64,000 nucleotides of DNA from Ginglymostoma cirratum (Eukaryota): contig JAHRHZ010000021.1 in the NCBI GenBank assembly GCA_024137785.1, positions 15,454,097 to 15,518,096 of the forward strand. Direction: 5' to 3'. Positions 1-12,084 of this stretch are shown in pieces. A program made the position numbers and the translations under genes. Numbering within the stretch: position 1 is the first letter of the stretch; each line of letters begins with the position of its first letter. A model generated the notes under the pieces. The model saw nothing but the letters and a program-made list of their open reading frames with translations, was not told the DNA's origin and searched no databases.

Positions 1-412
1 CTGAACTGTGTTAAACTCCTTTAGAGAAAAAATAAAACTTCCTTCTAAACTCAACACTGGTGTCTTCTGAACTTAACATTTTGCTCAAACAGATTCTTCA
101 GAACTGAAAACAAAGCTCCGTGTTTACACTATATGTAGTGAGCACAACAGCATAAACATCTTTCCATTAATACCACAAGGGTCCACAGTAATCTGCTCTG
201 GAAAAACATTGGATTTAAAACACTATACTCGAAGGACTCAACATTTAAGAAACTCTTCTCATAATAATCATCTGCCTCTATTTTGAAATTGAAATTCCAA
301 ACGTGACACACAAATATACATCTTTTGTCACAAGATTATAACAAAATCAAAAAGTCAGCAAATGAGATTCGTTGTTTCAGAAAGAGGTCACAAAAGCAAG
401 CCAAGTATCACG

Positions 413-1231
413 AACATAGAACAGTACAGCACAGTACAGGCCCTTCAGCCCACGATGTTGTGCCAAACTTTTACCATAAGCCTAAGGTCTATCTTACCTC
501 CACCCCTACCTTATACCATTATCCAAATGCCTATCTAGTAGCAACTTAAATGCCCTAATGAGGCCGACTCCACTACCCTCTCCAGCAACACATTCCACAT
601 CCCTACCACTCTGAGTAAAGAACCTACCTCTGACATCTCCCCTATATCTACCTCCGACATCTCCCCTATATCTACCTCCACTCACTTCAAAACTATGCCA
701 CCTTGTAATAGCTACCTCTACCCTAGGAAAGTGTCTCTGGCTGTCCACTCTATCCATACCTCTGATCATTTTGTACACCTCTATCAAGTTACCTCTCGTC
801 CTTCGTCGTTCTATAGAGAAAAGCCCTAGCGCTCTCAACCTTTCCTCGTAAGACCTTCCCTCCATTCCAGGCAACATTCTGGTAAATCTCTTCTGCACCT
901 TTTCCAACACCTACACATTTTTCCTGCAATGAGGTGACCAGAACTGGACACAATACTCCAGATGTGGCCAAGCCAGGCTTTTGTATAGCTACAGCATAAT
1001 TTCATGGCTCTTGAACTCAATCCCTCTATTAATGAAAGATAACACACCATACGCCTTAACAACTATCCACCTGGGTGGCAGCTTTCAGGGAACTGTGAAC
1101 ATGAACCCCAAGATCCCTCTGTTCCTCCACACTGCCAAGAATCTTTCCATTAACCCTGTATTCTGCTTTCAAGTTTGTCCTTCCAAAATGAATCACCTCA
1201 CACTTTTCAGGGTTAAACCTCATCTGCCTTG
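413..1231 (-). mobile_element. CR1-clade LINE (shark HER1-like) 3' fragment, relatively young
   Basis: Frameshifted ORF2 C-terminus: MRFNPEKCEVIHFGRTN...EEQRDLGVHVHSSLK and LEKVQKRFTRMLPGMEGRSYEERL; typical tail gtgctgtactgttctatgttc. Confidence 0.92.
624..679. repeat. 24-bp tandem duplication inside the CR1 fragment
   Basis: ctacctc(t/c)gacatctcccctatat x2 plus a partial third unit. Confidence 0.9.
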
Positions 1232-1749
1232 AACCTTGAAACTCAGTCTCTTCCATAACTACAATAATCAAATCCTGGTCATGTTTCAAGAAGCATGAAG
1301 GCTGATGAGAGGTTGCAGAAGGGATTATCAGACCATAAAGGGGTTTGAAGAATTTTCCTAAAAAATTAAAATGAGAGTTTTAATGTTGTTCTCTTTCAAA
1401 AAGGTGGTTGAAGGGAGATTCCACAGGATTAAGGTCTAATTTAGCTGAGGTGCACAAAACATTGCTGCATCATACAAGGATGAGAGAGGACAGTTTAAAA
1501 TTTCAGAAAGATGTAGGGAGATGGTGAGAATTCTTTATGTACACCAAATTGGATGGATACAGGAATACAGCAAGAGGACACTGACCAGAGTGCTCTATGG
1601 AAAGCCAGCAATCTAGTTGAGACAAGTAGCTGTTTTGTGTGCTGAAATAATGAATAACTTCAGATCCAAAGTTTCATCACATTGTTATGTCCTGTTAAAC
1701 AGTAGTAGTAATAGTAGTTTAGTGAGTGCCAATGACTGCTTGAGAATTT

Positions 1750-2070
1750 TTATTTTCATCCATTCATGAGGTGTGGGTATTACTGGCTAGTCCAGCATTT
1801 ATTGCCCATCTCCAGAGGTCAGTTAAGAGTTAATCACATTGCTGAGGGTCTAGTATCACATGTAGGCCAGACTGGGTAAGGACATCAGATTCTTGCCTAA
1901 AGGACATTAGGGAGCCTGATGGATTTTTATGACAACCAGCAGTGGTCACAAGGCTAACTCGTTCCAAATTTTCACTGAATTCACATTGCACCATCTGCCA
2001 TGGTGGAATTTAAACCTACGTCCCCAGAAATATTAGCCTCGGGTTCTGGATTACCAGTCAAGTGATTCAT
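1750..2070 (-). mobile_element. Shark tRNA-derived SINE with LINE-like 3' tail
   Basis: Shares blocks (ccagcatttattgcccatc, taggccagac..gtaagga, ggacattag, ccatggtgg) with copies at 14465-14850 and 16560-16710. Confidence 0.7.
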
Positions 2071-2954
2071 AAAATTATGTATTCATGAAATATTAGATTC
2101 AAGTGATACAGAAAAATTGGGAACAGAAACTATAGGAATATACCACAAAGCTATAACTTTCAACTGATTTCACAGATAGAAGCATATCACATTGCTGCAA
2201 TCCAGCTATGTGTGGGCTTCCGACGCTAATCAAAATAATACAAGCTTACCTTTGAGGAATTTTCCTTCCAAACTGCCAGTCGCAAATCTTTCTCAGTTGA
2301 AGCAGTCTAGCACAGTCCAAAATTGTGCAACAAAATGGATCAGCATTGAAACACTTCATTGACAACTCAACCATATTCCAGAATTCAAATGTTCTTGATC
2401 CACTTTTACAGCTGATAAAAAGGTAAGTGAGGTGCTTGGGGAGCAGGCAGTCGGTTGACAAAAGGCTGAGTGCTTAGGTAAAAAGGGTGGAGAGGCTTTG
2501 GGCTCCAGAGATATGGTCAGGGTGATCATAGGAGAAATCCATGGGATGGGTGTGGGAGTCAGCGATGTGTCAGAAGGTGTCACTTAAATTGTCCAATTAG
2601 TGGGTTTTTAATTCTTCTTGTTTTTCATGGATAACTACCAAGCAAAGGCTGTTAGAAGCCTCCAATTCTAACACACTTGAGGACTTTGCAAAGGGCTCCA
2701 AACACTGACTAACTGCCTACATTAGACATCTCAAATTCCTGGGCAATTTTCACTGTCAGGAGTTTTGCATGATCCCCACGTTCAATTCCAATCTACGTTG
2801 CAGCAACCACCACCTTCTTATCAGAAGTTTTACGTCACCGTCTGCAATGTGAAAAATAGAAATTTTCACTTAAGAACTACCAATTATGACTGTACCAAGT
2901 ACAGCCTACCCTATCCTGGGATTTTATAACTCACCCACATTTGACTTCACATCA

Positions 2955-3720
2955 GAAGACAGGGTAGATAGAGATTGTTTCCTCCTTGTGGGAACTTCAA
3001 GGACCAGAGGAAGAATTTCAGAGTGAGGAGTCTCCCTTTCCTGGGATGGCTGGACTGATGTATGAAGAGAGACTGGATTGGTTACCAACGATATTCACTG
3101 GCATTTGGATAACATGTGGGGAGAGTATTAAAATCCTATAAAATTATAACAAAACTAGACACAGTAAACAAGGATGTGCCTGATAACCAGGGAGCCCAGA
3201 ACCAGGGATTAAGTTTAAGGATACGGCGTAGGCTAGTTAGGACTGAGATGAGATGAAATTTCTTTGCCTAGACAGTGGTGAGCCTGTGAAATTCACTGCC
3301 ACAAAACAGAAGAGGCCAAAACATTGACAGTTCAATACAGTTCTTAAGGCTAAAAGGGATCAAAACAGGAAACAGAGGACTGAGATAGATGATCAGCCAT
3401 GATTTCACTGAACGGCACAGCAAACTTGAAATGCCAAAAAGACTACTCCTGAGCCTAGTTTGTGTTAAGGCAGAAACGAGGAATTTTTTGAGGGAGAAGC
3501 ATCTGTGAAATTCTTTGTAGTAAAGAGCAGTCGAGGCCGAAGGACTAATTACATACAAGGCCGAGGTAGGCAGATTTCTAATCATTAAGGGAATCAAGGG
3601 TTGAAGATAAAGCAGGAAAGCGGAGTTGAGGCTATCAGATCAGCCGTTCTCCATTGAACAGTGGAGCGCACTTAACAGGCTGAATGGCCAACTCCTACTT
3701 CTATATTGTACAGTTTTATA
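2955..3720 (+). mobile_element. Two nested CR1 LINE 3' fragments
   Basis: Two sets of CR1 3' motifs (gtgaattc/gtgaaattc..gcc..aaag; gatcagccatgat..gaa.ggc.gagca). Confidence 0.75.
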
Positions 3721-3924
3721 TTCCAACAGGTGCAAACCTACAACTTAGAGCCTTATTTTGGAAATAAAGCAGCAATGCACTGAAAAATTGATCTAACAAA
3801 TTATCAACTCAATTATTACTGCTCCATTGTATTTTGAACTCAAACAGACCAGAATTTAAAATTCTAGTTGTTGAACCAGGTTGAAGAATGAGAGTGTCAT
3901 TTGAAAAGCGAATTACACAACATT

Positions 3925-4480
3925 TGGGACAGTTCAGCAGTAACATTCTTGACCAAAATCAGAAGATTGTAAGTCCAAAGCACTGAGCATACAAATCAGG
4001 GTGTCACTTCAGTGCTGAGGAAGCTCACTGTGTGCCTTTTGCGTGAACTTTTTAAAACAGTGAGCCTATACGCACATAAAACACTCATTTTACTAATCTC
4101 CTGCACTAGTTAAGAAGATTGCACTTTCAAGTTGCATCCCAGAACAGCACAAAATTTAACCGGACACAGAACTGAAAGGGTGCTGCATCGGCAGTCGTTT
4201 TCTTTGAGATAAACTATTAAACCAAGAGTTTGTCTGTAACCCCAGATGGACGTGAAAGATCCCTCAGCTCTACTGTAAAAAACCAAATGACTGCTCGCTG
4301 GTGCTCAAGCCAATACTTATTCAACATCACAAAAATAGAATCTGGTCTTTTCCAAATTTTCTTTGAGACACATGTTTAATTTTGCTGCATATTTTCTTCA
4401 GTGGTAACTTCAAATTTGCTATTTGCTTTAACAGACACCTTGATATTGTGAAAGATGCAATGTAAATCCAATTTTTTGCT
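3925..4480 (+). mobile_element. DeuSINE (SacSINE1-like), degenerate
   Basis: tRNA-like head (tcagaagattgtaagtcca) plus Deu-domain-like gagata..ttaaacc..gtctg..ggacgtgaaagatcc and a tail ending aaatcca..ttttt. Confidence 0.6.
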
Positions 4481-4632
4481 TTCATGTGATGACCTGATCA
4501 ACATTTATACCGCAATCTAACAGTATACCTATAAGCTTATGTCACCAGCATCAGGACTATGCTGGATAAAAATGGGTTATGCTTGTCTACATTATATACA
4601 TTAGTTGTTTGCTGTGGAAATGCGTAAGTGTC

Positions 4633-4905
4633 TTTATTGTGTGGAAAAAACTAACATTTTCATCAATTTGTAATAACGTTTATCAAAAATTTTCCAGATA
4701 AGCTGTGCATCAATGCATCATTTCTACACTACTTTGTGTTAATTTCAGAAATGTGCGTGCAATTTACAGGCTACTTTGCCCACAGGATGTAATGAGAACA
4801 CAAAAAAGACAGACTTCTTTTTTTGATAAAGCATGTATTGAAAATAATCAAATATAAACACATTGTATAAGAATACTTACAAAGTATTTAGTACAAAAGT
4901 TTATT
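4633..4905 (-). terminator. Candidate polyadenylation signals of ZFC3H1
   Basis: Minus-strand AATAAA at 4900-4905 and 4633-4638. AATACA at 4834-4839 is followed by a GU/U-rich tract (gtctgtcttttttgtgttctc). Which site is used cannot be determined from sequence. Confidence 0.55.
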
Positions 4906-5678
4906 TGTCAAATACTTGTCACTCTTCAAGTTTTCCTTAAACCATAAAATAAATAAATTCTCACAAAACAAGATTGCACATAAATTGACCAGCCTCAAGA
5001 ACTGATGCACTGGCATGCATAAATTTTAGTGTTCCAACTTTTCCACTGCAGTAGATTTTGTCTTCAAGTATGTTAATACATAAAACAAAGAGTCTCTGCA
5101 GCAGCAAGTCCACCACACTGAACATGAGAAAGGGTATTATGCAACCCCTCCTGGAATCTTCACCTGGCAAAGCAGTCACTTTGGACTTTCTACCAAGGCA
5201 ATAACACTTTTTTTCTGTGAAACCTGCTGCTTTTGAACCTGTAATAAAAAATCTCAAACAGAAGTTTAACAAGGGAGGGGGGAGAAAAGAAAACAAAAGA
5301 ATTGAAACTGCCTTATTCATGTGCATAGAACTGCACTAAAATTTAGCCAATTTTACATGCAGCAGTTTGTATAAAGACTAAAGACACACGACATTTAAAA
5401 AATAATTCATCATTCTGAGGTACCATACTTACGGACGTGATGTTACGACAATCTGACAGGGCCCAGAGGCCAAGTAGGAGTTCATTGATCTTGTTTTGGG
5501 TCACTGGTTCGTAAGCTCCAAGATTTTTGACCACGTAGTGAAGAAAGCCGTTGGGAAGGACACGTGCATCTCCACAGATTATTATCTGCGTTTGCAGATA
5601 TCAGCTACAGACCAGCCAAGTCTTGACGAGCCACCTCTTTTACGTAGGGGGACCAGGAAACATTTTTACGCTCTGTTA

Positions 5679-5810
5679 TCATTGCCCTCTGTTCTGGGAA
5701 GGGCTTAAATTTAAGAGCTCATCTAAGCTGACGCCAATCTCCTGACACCTGGTAACTAGTTTTCTGAGATTATCAGTTTTACCTCCTTCTGAAGCTTCAA
5801 ACAAGAGTTG
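5679..5810 (-). CDS. ZFC3H1: ZFC3H1 last coding exon (132 nt incl. TGA; tandem TGA TAA)
   Basis: tctctttcag|CAACTC; QLLFEASEGGKTDNLRKLVTRCQEIGVSLDELLNLSPSQNRGQ*. Confidence 0.96.
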   Translation of the reverse strand, partial: QLLFEASEGGKTDNLRKLVTRCQEIGVSLDELLNLSPSQNRGQ

Positions 5811-6065
5811 CTGAAAGAGATAGGGGAAGCACTTAAGTAAGACCTAGCCACCAATTAAAAATTACCTTGTCACTGGAAAAGGCTGCTTTTACAACAACGT
5901 TTTTTTTTAAATCATTCATGGAATGTCAGCACTGGCTAGGCCAGCATTTATTGTCCATTCCCAATTGCAAACTAGATCAGAGCTCAAATACCTAAAATCA
6001 TTGCTGTACAAAATCTAAAAATATAGAAAATAAAAATCAAAGGAAAATGTAATGGGAAACTTTAC

Positions 6066-6128
6066 ATCTTTCCAGAGCGTTGCACAAAGGGGTAACTTCT
6101 TAAGTGCTCGCTGGTAAAGCTGCCGAAC
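6066..6128 (-). CDS. ZFC3H1: ZFC3H1 exon 34 (63 nt, phase 0/0)
   Basis: atttttcag|GTTCGG ... AAAGAT|gtaaag; VRQLYQRALKKLPLCATLWKD. Confidence 0.95.
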
Positions 6129-6621
6129 CTGAAAAATAGCAAATAGCGAGTGGGAGCACTTGTGTGGAGATACTAGTGGGAAACAATAGTACAGAACTGC
6201 TACACAGCCAGAATTACTAAATTAGGAAAGATTCACTAAGTGAATCTGTGAGCAAAGCCATCATTTAAAACAAGGAAAAAAATATACACAGTACTGTGTA
6301 CATAGAGCAAAGGATGTAGAAAGAGGGCTGGAAAGTTGCTGTGAAGTCCACGATAAGGCACAGTTGTATTGAATGCTGGAACAGACTCAACAGGCTGTAT
6401 GATCTACTTCATTTTTTACAGCAAAGAGCATTAGCAAATTACATTACTATCATTCAATCAAAACTTGAAATATCAAAACTACTTTTTTGAATCAGGATGA
6501 CAAGATTGCCCAGAATGCAGTCTGCTACACAAGTCAAATTATTATAATTGTGCATAACTTCAAACTGTTAAGCTTAAAAAAAGTGTGGAAGAGCACGAAA
6601 ATGTGAAACACATACACTTAC

Positions 6622-6664
6622 CTCATTTTGGTGGTCCTTTAACATGCTTTCAACAGCTATGGCT
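6622..6664 (-). CDS. ZFC3H1: ZFC3H1 exon 33 (43 nt, phase 2/0)
   Basis: tttgctttag|AGCCAT ... AATGAG|gtaagt; AIAVESMLKDHQNE. Confidence 0.92.
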
Positions 6665-7097
6665 CTAAAGCAAAGAGAAACAAAAACGAGGTCAATAGAA
6701 TTTTGAGACTTCTGGATGCCACCATAAAACGTTAGAAAGCACCGCACATTAGTATAACAGAGGGATCAAAAGAATTTTCTTCACGTGTTTAATTTAAAAG
6801 CTATAATTATAAAGGTATAGAGGGAGACTTGGACTTGGAATATCAATTTCACAAAGGTACAAAAATGAAATAATTGCTCATTTAGTAAATCTGTCGTTAA
6901 ACAAACAAAGTGGATCAAATGACAACCCAATTTCAGACGACTTGATTATTTGACAACTGAGTAAAATCTTCTCAAAGGTCTCAAGCAATTTACTCAAATA
7001 AAAATCAGACAAAAATAAGCAAACATCAATAAGGTTTCAAACAGTTAAACCATTCTATAAATTAGTAATAATAGAACAAATAAAAACTTGATATTAC

Positions 7098-7199
7098 ATT
7101 TTCCAAATTGGCAGACAGATTGGCAGAGAATGTGTAAACATATTTGATTGTAGTTTGAGGTGCTGGATATTACCCTCCGTCCATTCCAGTTCCAGTACT
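7098..7199 (-). CDS. ZFC3H1: ZFC3H1 exon 32 (102 nt, phase 2/2)
   Basis: tctccctacag|AGTACT ... AAAAT|gtaata; VLELEWTEGNIQHLKLQSNMFTHSLPICLPIWKI. Confidence 0.93.
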
Positions 7200-7337
7200 C
7201 TGTAGGGAGAAAACAACAAGCAAGTTGAAACAAACACATACATTATGAATTAGTTTGCAATTCTCGGCAAACTGTACAAAGCAAAAGAATCAATATTTTC
7301 AACAAGACATTTTTAACTGCGGAATTAATATTTTTAC

Positions 7338-7438
7338 CTGAGTGCTAGTCCAACATTAGTTGGCATAATGGAAGGGAACCTTTCCAATGCTTTGCAATGC
7401 TGGGATTGAGGAAGGCAGCTTAGATAAAAGGAAACCAC
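7338..7438 (-). CDS. ZFC3H1: ZFC3H1 exon 31 (101 nt, phase 0/2)
   Basis: ctttttcag|GTGGTT ... CTCAG|gtaaaa; VVSFYLSCLPQSQHCKALERFPSIMPTNVGLALR. Confidence 0.95.
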
Positions 7439-8344
7439 CTGAAAAAGAGTTACATTCAGTGCATCTAAGTTAAATAACTCTTCCAAAGAAATCGTGTAAA
7501 CCAGTCAAACAAGCCACTGGAGACCTTACATATTAATGCCAAATTCAAATGCTTCAAAGTTTCGCATCAAACTTTAAACAGGTAGAAGTTTCCAGCTAAG
7601 GAACGCTATAGAGAGAGAATAAAATATATAGCATACAAGTGTCACGTAAATACTAATGTCAGTAAATGTTCAGGCTTTAATGGCCAGAATTTCTTAACAA
7701 TAAGGCTCCCTATGAGAGTAAATATAACAAACATACAACGAAGTCACGAGAAATTAAATACAGAAAAACAGGAGGATGCTTTCAGAGCTCCTCAGCTGCT
7801 CCATTACTTCCATTCTCTTAGTATACACATCAAGAGTCTCAGCATTCAAATACGTGCAACATTAAATTGTTGTAGTCGCTCAATAGATAATCAAACTTGT
7901 CAGAAAAGACTAATCTGTTCAAGCCAAAGTGAATTTTAAAAAGGAGTGGTAAATTTAATTTAGGGATGGGCAATAATAAGTGCTGCCTGGTCAGCAACAC
8001 TCTCATGCCATTAATGAATAAAGGAATTATCAGCAAATCATTGCCCTGGTGCAGAAATGTTTATTTGAGCATGCGTGACATCTCATTTCTCATTTAATTA
8101 TTATTCAGTACCAAAACTTCAGAGTTCATAACTTTTCCTCTCCAAATTACCCTTTTCTTTTTGTCTCTATTTCACTTAATGCATTATTTGTTACAGCACT
8201 GACTATTCTAACTTAGACTTCCTGGATCAGATTCTGCACGGTTCAGCAAAGACTTGTCAATCTGTCAGAAGAGGAAAACAGTAACTGCGAAGCAAAATTT
8301 CACTGAATCTATGCAACACAGATTATGCACTTGTAAACTGAAAA

Positions 8345-9062
8345 CAGGAAAGCAAGTTATCATCTGAACGTTGACAGATCGACAAAAGAGGGTGATACAA
8401 AGTATGCGTAAACCAGCTGCTGAAAGCAAGCATACAGGTGCAGCAGACAGACTACAAATGGTATACCGGCCTTCATTACAAGCAGTTCAGAGTGTCGAGC
8501 AGAAATGTCAAGCTGCAATCGTACAGGGCTTTGAGAGATCACTGGAGTATCTTATGTAGTTTTGGTCTCATCTGTCTATGAAGGAAGTGCGAAGGATTTT
8601 TTTTTTGTTAGATTCCTGATCCAGACTGACTCTTGGGATGACCGAATTGCCGTGAAGAGAGATGGACTGGTAAGGACAACTTCCACTTGAGTGTGGAAGA
8701 ATGAGGGGGGAGTCTCAGAAACCTGTAAAATTCTAACAGGACTGGACAGGATAAATGCAGGAAGGATGATCCTGATGACTGGCGAGTCCAGAACCAGGGG
8801 TCAAGTCTAAGGATATGGGGCAGTCCATTTAGCACCCAGATGAGAGAAAATTTCTTCATCCAGCCAGTGATGAGCCTGTGGAATTCTCTGCCACAGAAAG
8901 CATTTGAGGCCCACACATTAAATGTCTTCCAGAAGGAGTTAGATATAGTTCTCGGGGCTAAATGGTTTGAGGAAAAAGCAGGGACATGATACGGAGTTGT
9001 ATGATCAGCTATAACACTAAATGGCAGAGCAGGCTCAAAGAGCTGAATGGTCTATTTTCTAT
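8345..9062 (+). mobile_element. CR1 LINE fragments
   Basis: gagtccagaaccagggg..agtctaaggatatgggg..gagaaaatttcttc..gtggaattctctgccacag; similar to the 3041-3460 copy. Confidence 0.8.
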
Positions 9063-9964
9063 TACTGATATTCAAAAGCAGTACATCTTAGAAAGCAGGA
9101 GAATCTATCAATCCAAGGTTGAAGATTAAGTTGAGCACTGGACTGCTAAATGCACCTATGAAAAGTTGGGTTCAACAAGCACTCGAGCATTATAATGGGC
9201 ATTCCACTTGGAATGAAATGACACATGCCTACTATTAGTCTAATTTGCAAATATTCTTCTCAAGCATGAATTATTGTTTAGTGAGAGGGTGTCCCTAGCT
9301 TGAAAGCTACATGCTGAATGTTCATAAAACCAGAGTTTCCGGAAGAACAGTCTCACCTACTTAGCCTATAATCTGACTGAAGACTGCTTCTGTGGCTAAT
9401 GTTCTTAGCAAGGCGTCGCAGGAGATTTCCCTATATTCTTCTGGAAACATAATCATTACATTGCTACACTGCAAGTTGAGTACCATGCTGGTGAATTTCA
9501 AGCAAAATTCGTATGAAAAGCCGTCCACGCATGACCTATTCAATCAATAACAGTACTGGCAATAAATACTTGCTGGTGGTTTCCAATAGCACAAGAGTAC
9601 TGGCATCATTTCCAGAGGGGTTGCCATGAGTGGCAAACATCATCTCTCAAACACCAAGGAGAGAGAACAGGTCGATGTTTGCGGTTCGCTAGAATATAAA
9701 TAGAACACGAGGCAGACAGACAGTAAACTTGAACAGGGAATACTTTTGTACACCTTCTCAGTTCCACAGTTGGTTTTAGTCTGCCTCCCCTAGCTCCTGC
9801 ACCAGATCACCTGACGCACTATCAAAAGGGGCAACACCAACTACATATGTAAGTGCACCCTGGAAAGATATGGATCCTGAACTTGCCCCCTCAATCGGAA
9901 AGGAACAGGACCAATATTTTTCCCAGTTTCTTCTTTCTTTCCAATTTCTCACCTGCTACTGGAG

Positions 9965-10340
9965 CATCTACTGACTTTCAGCGATGCCAACCTTCAGATG
10001 AGATACTAAACAGAAGTCCCACCTGGATGTTAAAAAAGCCTGACCAAAGCGTGCATGGATTTCGTGAATTTCACAGCACTATTCAAGAAAGTGCAGAGCG
10101 CTCTCCTAACTAACAGTCATGCTTAATTAAACTCAGGCACAGGTTAAATCATTGTTGTTTGTGGAGCATTGTGGGAAAAATGACTTGAACTTTCATCTAC
10201 GTAAAATGACTGCACAATGCAATTTAGCCCATGTGAAGCTGTACGAGTATGGAAAAGGATTCCGAAGGATCATGAACTCAAAATGTTAGCCAGACCGGAG
10301 TTTCTCAAGCAATTTCTGTTCTTGTTTCAGAATTTCAGCA
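9965..10340 (+). mobile_element. DeuSINE fragment followed by Penelope-type tail fragment
   Basis: tgccaaccttcagatgagatactaaacaga..ggatgttaaaa; then tttctgttcttgtttcagaatttcagcatctgca. Confidence 0.5.
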
Positions 10341-11284
10341 TCTGCAATTTTGTTTTGTTAGAAAGGAGTGTTACTTCCTTCAGAAGACACTGACTTTGAG
10401 GGGGCTTACCGTTCTTAATGTAGCAGCCTCCACCTTTGCCACTATTCTGATGCCTCAGTCAAGCTATATTAAATTAGCCTCAGACAATGAGCACTGAGCA
10501 ACGACCCCAGCTATGACAATTGAGCTCAATGCTGTCCTTACGGATGTGCACTTTTAATCGGCGACAAGGTGCCAGAGCTCAACAACTGTATGCCAAGTAA
10601 TTCATTGCTGAATTTCCCTGCTAATAGCAGACACATTTCTCCCCCCAACCAACCCACCTTATATTTGAATAAATGGCTGGAGTTCCAAACTTACACCAAC
10701 ACTTCAACTCATGCATTTTTTTTTCCCATTAGACTGTCACCTGCTGAGATTTACAAATGGGATCCTCCAGTGAGATGAAGACAAATCAAATATTACACGA
10801 TGCATCATTTAAAATATCTCCTAGTTTAACCTAATGCTTAATTGAGACTGCATTGCTGAATGTAACACCAACTATTTCAGTTGTCGCAACATGCTGACAC
10901 TTCACAACATTAACTTTAGCACAGCTATAGCTTTATAATGGCAAAATTCCATTTGAACTGCCCTTGTAATATTTTGGTTCTGCTTACTGTACTAGGAGAC
11001 ACCATAAATCTCAACACATGAAAAAACCCATTAGTGTAGATAGCTAATATTAAAAAAATCCCACCTGATTATGGCAAAAGTAAAATCAAGTTAGGTGGTT
11101 TCTCAAAGTTGAGAAAGGGATGACTCCCAACAGCGTCAGAAAGACTTATGCTCAACATTCTACCAGCACTACTTAATTACTAATAAATAGGTCTTTCCGC
11201 CAATTTTGTTCCCTTAAGAATTCACTCTTCCCAGATTCAAACATTTTCTAATCAACCTGTTCAGATGTTATCATGCACCTCTCT

Positions 11285-11480
11285 GAACCAGGTGGGACCT
11301 GAACCCAGGCCTCCTGGCCAGTCTGCACCGACCCCCAGAACAGCATCCTAAACAGACCCAGCATCTAACTCGATCCCCAAAACCCTATGTTTACCATGGC
11401 CAACCCACCTAATCTACACATCCTGTGGCACTATGGGGCAATTTACTGCCAACCTACCTAACCAGCACATCTTTGGACTA
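11285..11480 (-). mobile_element. HE1-like SINE fragment
   Basis: catggccaacccacctaatctacacatc..gcactatggggcaattta..cctaacc.gcacatctttggact; reverse copy at 56310-56480. Confidence 0.7.
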
Positions 11481-11918
11481 CCACAATAGCCCCACTTTCC
11501 CGATGCATGCAAATATCTTTACCACCTGTGACATAGCCACGTAACCATTTCTCAGGAATCTCCAGACTGAGAGGACACAAGCAATTCCAGAAATCTCTCA
11601 GCTGAGCTCGAGCCCACCTCAAACACATTCAATGAGTCAGGATAGATGGACAAGTAGTAACACAAACTCAGATGTCCACATTCCTAGTCCAGGAGTGTCA
11701 AGACCATTTAAAGCTCTCTACCAGCCCTCTGGCTAAAATCAGCTAATTTAAAGCAAGTACAGGATCAAATCACGACTCTGGCGCAGCCTTAACCAAGTGA
11801 CCCATCAGGAAAAAAAAAATTACTCAAACAAAGTAGAGCTCTTGCTTGGACCGGCAGGACCACATACTTATGTAACCATAGTTATTGGAAACTGGAAATA
11901 AAGGAAAAAATCTATCAC

Positions 11919-12084
11919 CTGATTATGAAACTCGTAGTTGCTCCAATAATTGGCAGAACTGAATGGTATAAGCATTCTTGTGGGGACAGTGACCAAACAC
12001 CTATGCACCAAGTCTGTAAACAGTTTAAAGTCTTGGTTCTTGTTCGTGGCACCAACAAGCTGCCTACTGGTAAAAACAAGGTAA
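11919..12084 (-). CDS. ZFC3H1: ZFC3H1 exon 30 (166 nt, phase 2/0)
   Basis: tttttctgcag|TTACCT ... AATCAG|gtgata; YLVF...FTDLVHRCLVTVPTRMLIPFSSANYWSNYEFHNQ. Confidence 0.96.

Noticed and set aside
129-311. 60-aa minus ORF and the plus-strand AATAAA at 31-36 as the end of a neighbouring gene
   Set aside because: No recognisable homology or splice support; the AATAAA sits in an A-run.
4961-5745. ORFs of 60-121 aa in the ZFC3H1 3'UTR
   Set aside because: No recognisable domains, and their lengths are within chance expectation for both strands.
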